The notes below the pieces were generated by a model, which worked only from the letters and a program-made list of their open reading frames with translations, was not told where the DNA came from and did no database searches. From the NCBI RefSeq assembly GCF_006345805.1, contig NW_021832384.1:124001-188000 (forward strand): a DNA stretch of 64,000 nucleotides, given 5' to 3'. A program made the position numbers and the translations under genes. Within the stretch, counting starts at the first letter, position 1, and the number at the start of each line of letters is the position of its first letter. Positions 49,352 to 62,205 of the stretch are shown here, one piece after another. Origin of the DNA: Octopus sinensis. Its lineage: Eukaryota.

Positions 49352-49908
49352 ATAGTTACTGAATAATTGTCACATATTATATATATATACACACACACAC
49401 ATCATCACAAAATGTTATTCACTGTATTGTATGTATATCCTGTATATCTATGCACATACATTCATGTGTACTGTGTATTATAGTATGTCTCCGTGCTTGT
49501 GTGCTTATATGTATAGCGGTTGTTCTTATGATGTATGACAGCATGTGTGTATGTGTGCATTTGTGCCCTGTTCACTTCTCTATTCTCAAGAATTTCTTCA
49601 TTCTCAAGACTGCTTGTCTCAGATCATTTGGTGTGTATGAATTTTCACTTTTGTTATTATCATCACCATCATCATCATCATTGTTTTTATGCTCTTATAT
49701 TTTTCCATATTCCATACAGATTGAATTGGTCTGCCTAGCACTAACTTCGTTCACATTTTCTTATCCACAGACCAACTTATAAAACAGCCCAGGTTGCCCT
49801 CTCATGTTATTTTTGTATATACAATGATTTATAGAAACATTCACATGTACATAACCATGCATAGACATCATTATATATATATATAAACATCATTATATAT
49901 ATATATAT

Positions 49909-50085
49909 AAAAAGCACCCACTACACTCACGGAGTGGTTGGCGTTAGGAAGGGCATCCAGCTGTAGAAACATTGCCAGATAAGACCGGAGCCTGGTGCAG
50001 CCTTCTGGCTTCCCAGATCCCCGGTCGAACCGTCCAACCCATGCTAGCATGGAGAACGGACGTTAAACGATGATGATGATGATGA
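49909..50085 (+). mobile_element. RTE 3' terminal fragment without the 62-bp repeat
   Basis: aaaagcacccactacactc...gttaaacgatgatgatg. Confidence 0.88.
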
Positions 50086-51900
50086 TATATATATATATAT
50101 ATATATAATATATATATATATATGCATGTATATATGAGTGTTTTATGTTGATATATAATTGTTTTCTTGGGTATGCTTTGCTTTGATGCTCACACACATA
50201 TTTTACAAACAAATATAAGAGGAATGGCCATGAAAGTGGATTCCTAATATGCTAAAAACAGACATCAAATTGCCTTACCATGAAGGGTGTGTTCTCAAGA
50301 AAATTTCAGCAACTGCCAGAATGTAAAAATGAGCAAGGCAAATGAAAATATACAAAATACAACGATTACCTATGTACCATGGTTTCATTTGTTAATATTT
50401 ACGAATGTCTCATTATTTAATTTCTATACATACATGTGTGTGTGTGTGGTGTGTGTGTGTGTGAGTGTGTGCATGTATAGGTGTTTGTGTGTGTGTTAAA
50501 GCATAGATTATCAAATCAAATACATTCTCTTCACAAATTTTCATTGAAGTTTTTCTTATTTTTAAATAAAAATTTTAATCAATGAAAAACAAAAAAAAAA
50601 ATGTTCTTTTTATAATGATTTCCTCAAAATACAACAGAAAAATAGAAACAAAAAATAAAAAAGAAATTATCCTTAAATTTAATTTTAGTATAATACATTT
50701 ACAGTTGTCATTTTTCATGTTATATAATTGTTATTATTATGCATCAAGGTCAGTTTAATGGCAGAATTAGGCGGTGAGCTGGCAGAAACGTTAGCATGCC
50801 GGGCGAAATGCTTAGCGGTATTTCGTTACGCACTGGGGTCGATGTAATCGACTTAATACCTATGTCTGTCCTTGTTTGTCCCCTCTGTGTTTAGCCCCTT
50901 GTGGGTAATAAAGAAATAGGTATTTCGTCTGCCGTTACGTTCTGAGTTCAAATTCCGCCGAAGTCAACTTTGCCTTTCATCCTTTCGGATGACCACATTG
51001 TATCTATATTTGAAACCCATGATTTTTATGTTAACCCTTTCGTTACCAACCCGGCTGAAACCGGCTCTGGCCCTGAATACAAATGTCTTGTTTTCATAAG
51101 TTTTCAATCAAAATCTTTCACCAAACCTTAGTCACAATTTATGTTCCTAACGCTAGCTTAATGATAACTAAGTTATTTTACCAAATTGGTGTCGATGTAA
51201 TCAACTTAATCCCTTTGTCTTTGTTTGTCCCCTCTATGTTTAGCCCCTTGTGGGCAATAAAGAAATAAGAATTAATAGAGAATCGTTCATAAAATGTGTC
51301 GTAGCTAGTATTTGGTAATGCTCCTCTTTTACATTCTTGTTTCTGCTGAGGCTAACTTTGTTTTTTCGTTGTTTCGGTATTAGTAAAAATAAAGTACCAG
51401 TCATATAGAAGATTTGGTTGAATCGACTAACCGCTTTCGCAGGAGTGGCTGTGTGGTAAGTAGCTTGCTAACCAACCACATGGTTCCGGGTTCAGTCCCA
51501 CTGCGTGGCATCTTGGGCAAGTGTCTTCTGCTATAGCCCCGGGCCGACCAATGCCTTGTGAGTGGATTTGGTAGACGGAAACTGAAAGAAGCCTGTCGTA
51601 TATATGTATATATATGTATGTGTGTGTCTGTGTTTGTCCCCCTAGCATTGCTTGACAACCAATGCTGGTGTGTTTACGTCCCCGTCACTTAGCGATTCGG
51701 CAAAAGAGACCGATAGAATAAGTACTGGGCTTACAAAGAATAAGTCCCGGGGTCGATTTGCTCGACTAAAGGCGGTGCTCCAGCATGGCCACAGTCAAAT
51801 GACTGAAACAAGTAAAAGAGTAAAGAGTAAAAGAGTATGTAGCATAAGCAACAGATATGACAATAGTCTAAGCAGTTTGGGAGCCAATAATATTTAATAA

Positions 51901-51945
51901 CTAGAAAAGTACTCGGAGAGCACAGACCTCCGCCAAGCAGCTCAT
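51901..51945 (-). mobile_element. Helitron-like 3' terminus
   Basis: Minus strand ggaggtctgtgctctcc hairpin, then ...ttttCTAG|T. Confidence 0.55.
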
Positions 51946-54141
51946 TTCTACCCATATACATGCATGCTGAAAATCGCCCAATTTCCCAAACCAACGCTTG
52001 CAAAATCATAACCTCCTTGCTGGGGTTAAAAATAAAAATATCACAGCTATATGATTCTAAAAATAAGCCCTTTAAAAACAGGAATTATCTGAAGCAGTTA
52101 TAATACATCAATGACAACAGCAAACTAGTTTCACACTTCCTTACACATTTGTTCAAATCCCCAAAATGTTAATTTTTGCTTCTTATTTCCCCCAGTTCTC
52201 CAGAGTCAGTAAATATGAAACTGGTATTTACAAGTGAGTTCTGGGAACCGTTCCCCATTAGATCACCTACATTTCTCCATTCCTCCCCCAATATTTATGA
52301 CCACATTGTATCTGTATTTGAAACCCATTATTTTTATGTTAACCCTTTTGTTACCAACCCGGCTGAAACCGGCTCTGGCCCTGAATACAAATGTCTTGTT
52401 TTCATAAGTTTTCAATCAAAATGTTCCACCAAACCTTAGTCACAATTTATATTCCTAACGCTAGCTTAATGATAACTAAGTTATTTTACCAAATTCTTTG
52501 TTATATTTAAAACTGATTGAAAGAAACACAGAGCATCTGAAAATAAATGCAGTAATGAAAGGGTTAATGGAGTTTTTTTTTACTAAAAACTTTATTTTGG
52601 TTTGATGAAGCTGTTTGTTTTATTGTTCTCGTCTTTGAAGCCATATTTTTTTTCTCTTATTTCTTGAACAGAACATAAAGAAAAACAACATAAAGCATGT
52701 TTCATTTGTTTGTAATAAATTAAAATTTAAAAAATAAAATTAAAATATATTTTTAAAATTTATTTATTCCAACTGTTTTGGTATTTTCCTTTTGGTTTAC
52801 TCTCTCTTTACTCTTTTACTTGTTTCAGTCATTTGACTGCGGCCATGCTGGAGCACCGCCTTTAGTCGAGCAAATCGACCCCGGGACTTATTCTTTTGTA
52901 AGCCCAGTACTTATTCTATCGGTCTCTTTTGCCGAACCGCTAAGTGACGGGGACGTAAACACACCAGCATCGGTTGTCAAGCAATGCTAGGGGGACAAAC
53001 ACAGACACACAAACACATACATATATATATGTATATATATATATATATAATATATTATATATATATATACATATATACGACAGGCTTCTTTCAGTTTCCG
53101 TCTACCAAATCCACTCACAAGCATTGGTCGGCCCGGTGCTATAGCAGAAGACACTTGCCCAAGATGCCACGCAGTGGGACTGAACCCGCAACCATGTGGT
53201 TGGTTAGCAAGCTACTTACCACACAGCCACTCCTGCGCCTGATTATGTATTTTAAAAAATTTATTATTTTTCTTCTTTCTGGAGATGCAGATGTGGCTGT
53301 GTGGTAAGAAGTTTGCTTCCCAACCACACAGTTCCAGGTTCAGACCCACTGCATGGCATCTTGCGGCAAGTATTTTCTAATATAGCCTTGGGCTAACCAA
53401 AGACTTATAAATGGATTTGATAGATGGGAAAAACTCCCAGCGTGTGTGTGTGTTTGTCCAACGCTACTTGGCCAGTGTTGGTGTGTTTACATCCCTGTAA
53501 TTTAGTGGCTTAGCAAAAAGGCCGGTAGAGCAAGTACCTAGCTTAAAAAACGTGCTGGGCTCAATTCATTTGACTAAAAATTCTTCAAGGATGTGATCTG
53601 AAGATACTTGCCTTCACACAAAATTCACACAAAAACCAATGGAAATGTAAAAAAGGTTAAAGAACCCCTTCGGTCATGACTGACTGTGGGATTGCACCTA
53701 GAAAGTTACCCTCCAAAGCACAACTCCGGACAAGTTTATTTATGGAAGACCGGCAGTTTCCCATGCGTACCAGCCTCTCCTCTCCATGCCACTGATAGCC
53801 AAGGGAAAGGCAAAGGGCCGATACAGGTTGGCACAAGTGACATCACAACTCATTTCTTCAGCTGAACGAACTGAATCAACGTGAAATAGCGTCTTGCTCA
53901 ACCTGGTCTGGGAATCGAACTCATTACCTTACGATTGTGAGCCGGACGCTCTAATCACTGAGCCATGCGCCTTCACTCTAATTGGAAATATGCTTTGTAC
54001 TGACATACAACTGGTGCTTATGTTGCTTTCTTGATCTCTCACGCGAGTTCTGGACCCCAGTTATGAACTCGTTTGCAGACAGCCAATCAAAGTTCAACTA
54101 TGAAACTAATTTATGAGCGCCTAACAAGTGATGGGTGATAA

Positions 54142-55268
54142 GACTCGGTAAACCACCGCCTATTGCTTGTCAAGCTTCAAGCATATAGTTTCCATCCGGA
54201 TATTGTACGATGGGTTGGTGCCTTCCTCTCAGATCGCTCCTTCCAAGTCCAAGTTAATGGTTCGCGGTCCGACGTCTCCAGTGCGAGCAGTGGCGTGCCT
54301 CAAGGTTCAGTGCTTGGGCCCTTGTTGTTCTTAGTCTTCATAAATGACTTGCCCGACGACCTCACGCAACACACCCTTCTATTTGCCGACGATATCAAAC
54401 TGGTCGCTCCTCGCGGTAATATAGAGGATCTTCGTCGATGCCTCCACCAAATTTGGAAGTGGTCTAACAATTGGGACCTGCGTCTGAACGTGTCAAAGTG
54501 CTGTCATCTGCCTGTCGGCTCTACTCCTGCAACTCAACTTGATTTCGAGCCGGGTCGTCTGCTGCTGGAGAGGACCGATCAGGTAAAGGACCTAGGTATC
54601 TTGGTGGATTCCTCCTTTTCGCCTTCGGCCCAGTGCGTCCATGCTGTCAACAAAGCACGCGGAATTCTGTTCTTGATTCGACGGTCATTCGGAATGCTCA
54701 CAGCAGCCATATTCCTACCACTCTATGTCACGCTGGTGAGACCCATATTGGAGTATGGGATTCAAGCCTCTTCTCCTTATCTCCTCAAAGACATACAGCA
54801 TCTCGAAAGAGTCCAGAAGCTGGCTACCCGCATGGTTCATGGTCTCAAAAATTTGTCCTACGAAGAAAGGCTGAGGACGCTCGACCTTTATTCTCTTGAA
54901 AAACGCCGCCGCCGTGGTGATCTCATTCTCGCCCACACATCATAAGCGGAAAGTGTAACCTCTCGAAAGAGCTGTTCTTCACTCCTGCTCCAGAGCGTCG
55001 GCTGCGGGGCCATTCCGAAAAGCTCTACCTGCGACGATTTCATCTCAATCGAAGGAGAGGAGCTTTCTCCGTCCGGGTTGCGGATCCGTGGAACAAGCTG
55101 CCAGACGAGATGGTGAAGATGCCGACGACCGCTTTGTTCAAAGCCTCCCTTGACCTCAAGTGGCCTGAACTCTTTACATGAACACCACCCTGTACTTAAC
55201 TCCATGTCCCCCTACATGGCCTTGCTATTTGCTTTTGAGCCAAATTAACTAACTAACTAACTAACTAA
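54142..55268 (+). mobile_element. 5'-truncated CR1/L2-group LINE (RT C-half) with (TAAC)n tail
   Basis: SGVPQGSVLGPLLFLVFINDL, FADD, KDLGI, RRRRGDLI. A 1-nt frameshift at about 54936 continues LRGHSEKL...WNKLP to a stop at 55179-55181. Possible 5-bp TSD gataa. Confidence 0.93.
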
Positions 55269-56869
55269 GATAAAGGTCACTTGGTAATGAATGATCATGC
55301 TTCTTTTCTCTTTTAAGAATGCTTGTTGTTGTTGTTCCAACCATGACTGCCCCTGTGTAGTTATTTGTGTTGCTGTTTGCTCTGTAAAGCAGTAAGGGGA
55401 GAGGTTTGCTAGTACATCGCCCTCTACCCACATCTTTACCATCTGAAGCCCTAACAAAATCCGATAATAGTTATAGATGCAAATCTATCTAATTGTCTCC
55501 TAAAATCAAGCATAACTTGGCAATCGTTCGATTTATAACACCGTTCTTTGTCTTGAGTTTACTTGGTTGGGTGTGTTTGTTGTTTGTTAACTTGACAACA
55601 AGGTCAAAATGAGCTCTGATTGGCTGTATGCAAATGAGTTCATTACTGGGGTTCGGAATTTTTTTTTCCACGAGAGTTCCGGACCCTTCGTGGGGTAAAA
55701 AAATTTCGCGACCCAACCAATTTGAACATAGAAACAGGGAAAATATTTTTGCCGGATATGACCGGTTACATAAACATAACTACATTGGGTCTTTTATCAA
55801 CGTCGTGACAATGAAAGAGCCAACATCTGCCTAATTTGAACTCGAAGCGTGAAGCAATGAAACTTAATACAACAAAATATTTACTCTGATAGACGTTCTG
55901 CCATTGTTTATAATCTTTGGGAAATGAACGAACGTTCTTGCTTTTCATCTCTTTTCTGAATATGAACCTTTGGGGCTATAGAAATTGTTATTCGTTGTTA
56001 TACGAAGGCGGCGAGCTGGCAGAAACGTTAGCACGCCGGGCGAAATGCGTAGCGGTATTTCGTCTGTCTTAACGTTCTGATTTCAAATTCCGCCGAGGTC
56101 GACTTTGCCTTTCATCCTTTCGGGGTCGATTAAATAAGTACCAGTTACGTACTGAGGTTGATATAATCGACTTAATCCGTTTGTCTGTCCTTGTTTGTCT
56201 TCTCTGTGTTTAGCCCCTTGTGGGTAGTAAAGAAATAGGTATTTCGTCTGCCGTTACGTTCTGAGTTCAAATTCCGCCGAGGTTGACTTTGCCTTTCATC
56301 CTTTCGGGGTCGATAAATTAAGTACCAGTTACGTACTGGTGTCAATGTAATCGATTTTATCCCTTTGTCTGTCCATGTTTGTCCCCTCTATGTTTTAGCC
56401 CCTTGTGGGCAATAAAGAAATAAGAAATTGTTATTCATTGAGAAATGTTATATTCCATAGTTTCATTACTTAGCGAGAACGATTAATAAAATGCATGCAG
56501 AAAGTGAAGCGGTTTTGGCTTTCATGCCATTCCTAAAATATGTTTTCGTTGGTGTAAACACTTAAATTGAAGCAGTTACTTCGACACAAACTAAAATCGT
56601 TATACAAAGGGGAACAACTGTAACGATAGAAACATTGTGTCAGTTACTTCCCTTAACAGAATTAAACTAATTTCTTCGAAACGACGTTACTTTTATAGAT
56701 TAGTTCAAAAAGTCTGTATTGACCGATATGAAGTCAATTGTCATCGTCTACCAAGGCAATATTTAATTCTTAGGTACATTTTTCCGGATGCAGACATTCG
56801 TAGGTTTCATCGAAATCTCCCTCATACATTTCGCTCACTTTCTGGTTTTTTTTGTGGTCTGTCTATCGT

Positions 56870-57077
56870 GAATGTGTATATATATGTATGTACATATTTA
56901 TGCATATATATATATGTATGTATACATATCAATGTATATATGTATGCATATATATATGTATGTATATATATATGTGTGTGTATATAAACATGTACATATA
57001 TATATGTATATATATAAATATGTATGTATATGTATATATATATATATATATGAGTGTGTGTATATATATGTATATAT

Positions 57078-57127
<50 letters not shown>

Positions 57128-57636
57128 GTATGTATATGTATGTATGTATGTATATATATGTTGTATGTATGTATGTATGTATATGTATATATATATATAT
57201 ATATGTGTATGTAATGTATATATATATATGTATATGTATATACATGTATGTATATATAATTATGTATATATATATTGATATTTATATATATATATGTATG
57301 TATGTGCATATTTACATGTATGTGTATTTATATATATGTATGTTATATATGTATATATATATATGTATATATATATATGCTTATATGTGTATGTATATAT
57401 ATGCATATATATGTCTGTATATATATGTATATAATGTGTGTATATAATGTGTGTATATATATATATATATATATATGTGCATATGTATATATACACACAC
57501 ACATATATATGAATATATATAGATATGTATAAATCAGTATGTATATATATACATATGTATACACACACACCTACGCACGCACACGCACGCACACATACAC
57601 ACGCACACACACACACACATACACACACACACACAT
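56870..57636. repeat. Long degenerate (TA/TG/CA)n microsatellite field; similar fields at 8600-9030, 58726-59280 and 44950-45150
   Basis: Directly visible. Confidence 0.95.
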
Positions 57637-57997
57637 AAAGTTGAACCTACGTTGAAAGCCAAGAAACAACGTTTGCTTTAGAAGCTTTGATGTGTATTGA
57701 AAGATACAGATAAGAAAATAATTTTATTCTCAATCGCTGGATAATGTTGATAATATAACAATTAACAGGATAAACTATCCATATTGTGGAGAAAAATTTA
57801 TCGGTGTTAAACGCTTTTCCATTAAACTAAATTGCCGGAACGTCAAATTCTGAAAGTTTAGGATATATAAATCTAGTTTTATAAGACGCTATCTTCTATT
57901 AAATTCAGCTTAAGTTGAAAGTCAACAGAAAAAGGTTGATTTAGAAGTGTTGAGATATATTGAAAAGTACAGATAAGGAAATAATTTTATATATCCT

Positions 57998-58725
57998 GAA
58001 TTTGCCGCGACTTTTGACGCCTGACCAAAAGCATACCAGGCCTGTCATGTCGCAATCGAACTTGGCAATTTTTGAAGCAAATCCAGCCGATTTTCTTGAA
58101 TGTTTCCTCACCCAAGATCAATGTTGGGTTCACCACTTTGAGCCAGAGACCAAACAGCAGAGCATGCAGTGGAAACACCCGTCTTCTCCCCCATTAAAGA
58201 AGGCCAAAGTGGTGTCATCGGCAGGAAAGGTGATGGCCTCAGCCTTCTGGGATGCAAAGGGCATTGTGTTCATTAACTACCTTTAGAAAAGGCATACTAT
58301 CAATGGAGAATACTATGCCGACTTGCTGAGGTTGATGCGAAAAGCAATGAAGTCAAAACAGCCTGAAAAACTGACGAAAGGTGTCCTGCTCCAACAGTAC
58401 AATACCCCTGCAGACAAGTGTGTGGTTGCAATGGCTGTTGTGCGCGATTATGGCTTTGAACTGGTCGATCACCTTCCATATTCTCCTGCATGAGAAAACA
58501 CTTGGCTAGAAAGCAGTATCGGACCGATGATGAGGTCATATCTGCTGTTGAGGACTTCTTTGAGGGTCAGGATGAGAGTTTCTATACCACTGGGATCTAA
58601 GTGCTGCAACACTGACGGAAGAAGTGTATGAACCGCAGGGGAGACTATGTCGAAAAATAAACCATATTTAATCAAGTTCGACCATTGCATCGTGGTCAGC
58701 CTATGAACTTTTCAGCCCACCCTCG
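57998..58725 (+). pseudogene. mariner transposase relic A (3' half with right TIR)
   Basis: PRLLTPDQK, TQDQCWVHHFEPETKQQSMQW, KVMASAFWD and HLPYSP with stops; ends ttttcagcccaccctcg|TA. Confidence 0.9.
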
Positions 58726-59082
58726 TATATATATATGTGTATAAATATATATATATTATATATATATGTATGTTATATATATGTATGTTATAATATATAT
58801 ATTATATATATATATATATATGTATGTTATATATATGTATGTTATATATATATATATATGTATGTTATATATTATTATATGTATGTTATATATATATATG
58901 TATGTTATATATATATGTATGTATATATATATGTATGTATGTATGTATATATATATATGTATGTTATAATATATATATATATATGTATGTATGTATATAA
59001 TATATATATATATATGTATGATATATAATATATATATGTATGTATATTATATATGTATGTATATTATATATATATATGTATG

Positions 59083-59123
<41 letters not shown>

Positions 59124-59181
59124 ATATATATATTATATGTATGTATATTTATATATATGTATATATATGATGTATGTATAC

Positions 59182-59246
<65 letters not shown>

Positions 59247-59492
59247 TATATATGTATGTATGTATGTATATATAATTTAGAGAAAAAACACTATTAAGCA
59301 ATTCAATAGTGAAAGACATTATTCACACCATATAGAAAAAATAAGTATACTAAAAAAACCTTACTCTAAAAATCAATAAACAATAAATAGTAAGTAGTAG
59401 TAAATATATATTATATATTGTGAAATTTGATTTAGAATTGCTAAATTGAATTTTCCCCTGTAAGTTTGGAATTATATTCCCTACTATTATAT

Positions 59493-59568
<76 letters not shown>

Positions 59569-59582
59569 CATATATATATATA

Positions 59583-60738
59583 TGAGGTGGTATCAAAAAG
59601 TTTCCGGACTAGTTATGGTTTATAAAAAATAACTTATTTACTTAAATTTTAACATCATCTCCTTCGAAATCACCTTACACAGCAATACACAGGTCTCAGC
59701 CTTCCTGTCAGTTTTGGAATCTGCCCTGGAATTCGTTTTCCGTAAGCGAGTCGAGGACCTTCTATAATGCGCTCTTGATCTGCATAGCGCTGTTAAAACG
59801 GTGACCTTTGAGCTGCATTTTCATCTTGGGGAAGAGATGGAAGTCCGCAGGTGCTAAATCTGGCGAATGGGGTCGATGCAGAAGTGGTACCGTGATGTTT
59901 TCAGCGAGAAACTCACGAGCTCGGTGACAAAGTGCATGGTCATTGTAAAAAAATTCAATTTTTCGCGTTCCGCAGATTAGCTTTCGTCAAATCCCTCCCC
60001 ACTCAAACGCTTCAAAACGTCACAGCAGAACTCTCAATTGCCGGTCTGGCCTTGGGGACCGAATTCTCGATGCACAATACCGCGGATGTCGAAATTAACA
60101 GTGAGCATGCTCTTAAATGGGCTGCAACTCTGTCGTTCTTTCTTCAGCCTTCGAGATGAAGGGCTCTTTGATTTGGACGATAGCGGCTTCGTCTCAGGGT
60201 CGTACCCATCGACCCAACTCTCGTTCCCCGTGATGATACATGACATGAAGGATAGATTTCAACGCGATGTTCTTTATGCTCTGTGGTTAGTAGGCGGAGA
60301 GACAAACTCGGTAGAGACACGCCGCATGTTCAATCCAGACACTAGAATTGCCTGCACAGCCCCTTACGACAGACCAACATCATCAGCAGCAATGTTGTTG
60401 ATTATTCTACGACGATCCTCATACGTAAGGTGATGAATTTTATCCGCATTTCCGGAACTGGCGCTCGTGGCAGGTCTTCCAGATCGCTCATTGTCTTCCA
60501 GAGATGTTATTCCGCCTTTGAAGCGCCCGTGCTACTTGAAACAAACATTGCATACGACCCAATGCCTCGTCGCCGTAAGCTTACCGAAGCATGCTCGATG
60601 TCTCTGTAGCAGACTTGCCATGTTTAAAGCAAAATTTCACGTTGTCCCCTTTGTTCCAACTTCCTGTCCATGACAAAAATTCGCAAACTACAACATACAC
60701 GTGATCACAAAAATACAAATTTCACAACTTGCCAAGTA
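59583..60738 (-). pseudogene. mariner transposase relic B (one TIR)
   Basis: TA|tgaggtggtatcaaaaagtttccgg; MDRKLEQ start at 60671; ITGNESWVDGYDPETK; multiple lesions. Confidence 0.88.
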
Positions 60739-61041
60739 AACACAAACTTGGGGTTGGTTAAAGGAGCAAGTCTGCTCTATCAAACCAATGACTTTAGAAG
60801 AACTTGAGGGCGAATACGAGAAGTTATGTCTTCCATCTTACCAGAGTTCCTGATGAAATCAGTTGATGCAGTTCCCAGACAACTTGACATTCTGGTGGCG
60901 AATGCTGGTGCCTCTATCGAATTTTAAATAAAACTCCATGCTATACGCTTTCTTCACATATTCATTTTTCTAAATATTACGGTTAATAAAAAAATATATT
61001 ATAAGTATTTTTAAATAGGGAGTTACTTTTCAATCACCCTC
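60739..61041 (+). mobile_element. 3' fragment of a Tc1/mariner-superfamily element with TIR
   Basis: LKEQVCSIKPMTLEEL...ANAGASIEF* followed by gagttacttttcaatcaccct; the same TIR type opens another copy at 63951. Confidence 0.7.
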
Positions 61042-61119
61042 TGTCTGTCTGACTCTCTCTATATTATATATATATATATATAGATATATATATGGGTGTG
61101 TGTGATTGTGTATAGAAGA

Positions 61120-61552
61120 ATATATTAATAAAAGGAATTCCAACCTTGTCTGATTTTCACGTTTTATTTACAATCTTATAATGATATATTATAAGATAAT
61201 ATAATATAATAGAATAAAATAAAATAGTAGAATGTTAAATGTTCATTCTGATTGAACTAGTACTTTCATGCATTGAATTCTGCAATCTTCAGGTTAATGT
61301 AGTAGTGGTGACGGTCATGCTTCACAATTTTTGACAGTCAAAAATTGTGAAGCATGACTGTCACCACTACTACATGAACCTGAAGATTGCAGAATTCAAT
61401 GCATGAAAGTACTAGTTCAATCAGAATGAACATTTAACATTCTACTATTTTATTTTATTCTATTATATTATATTATCTTATAATATATCATTATAAGATT
61501 GTAAATAAAACGTGAAAATCAGACAAGGTTGGAATTCCTTTTATTAATATAT
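61120..61552. repeat. 433-bp near-perfect palindrome (216-bp arms, 1-nt centre at 61336)
   Basis: Arms compared by hand: 2 mismatches and no indels seen. Confidence 0.95.
61375..61419 (+). ncRNA. Minimal type-I hammerhead-like motif (mirror copy at 61253-61297, minus strand)
   Basis: tgaac-CTGAAGA-t-tgca-gaattcaa-tgca-t-GAAA-gtac-ta-gttca; palindromic stem III AGTACT, predicted site CUA. Confidence 0.7.
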
Positions 61553-62205
61553 ATATATATATATATAATTAGGTCGTCAAGTATGAAATTTGTAGAAAAG
61601 AAAAAAAGTTTCCTAATGTTTTATAAATACAAGGAATAGTTTTATTCACCAAAGTATGCACCCATATTGTCAATGCACTTTAGCCATTTCAGCGGTAGCT
61701 TGTCCAGCCCGGAACTGTAAAAGCTTGGCAATCTAGAATCAGTAAAATCTTGGAAGGCCTGTTTTACAGCATTGTCGGAATTAAACTTTTTTCCTATCAA
61801 AAAGTTATCCAAATTCTGGAAGAAGTGGTAGCCAGTGGAGGCAAGATCAGGTGAGTATGGTGGATGATGGAGAACTTCCAACTCCAGCTTCTGTAGTTTC
61901 GCCAATGTCATTTTTGCGACGTGTGGTCTGGCGTTGTCTTGCAATAAAATATAAGTGGATCTGTTGACTAACCTGTTTTTGTTTTTTGGAAGTTTCTGAA
62001 TCATTTGGTCCAGCTGGCTGCAATATACTTCAGCTATGATTGATGAGCCAGGTTTAATGAAATCATAATGGATCACATCTGCGCCAAACCACCAAACAAA
62101 CACCATCAGCTTCTTTTGATGAATTTTGCCTTTTGGCCTGTGTTCTGGTGGCTCGTCTTTGTCCAACCATTTTGCTGAACGTTTACGGTTACTGTATTGG
62201 ATCCA

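Noticed and set aside
52196-52233. 38-nt segment with good acceptor and donor signals
   Set aside because: Downstream of the WDHD1 stop, no recognisable peptide or partner exons; probably a pseudo-exon.
55448-55456. ccctaac near octamer motifs as a possible telomerase RNA template
   Set aside because: Only 7 nt match, with no recognisable pseudoknot or H/ACA domain; expected by chance.
57656-57989. Diverged ~75-bp direct repeats about 260 bp apart (similar pair at 11355 and 11478) as possible LTRs
   Set aside because: No TG...CA ends, PBS, PPT or TSD; probably old local duplications.
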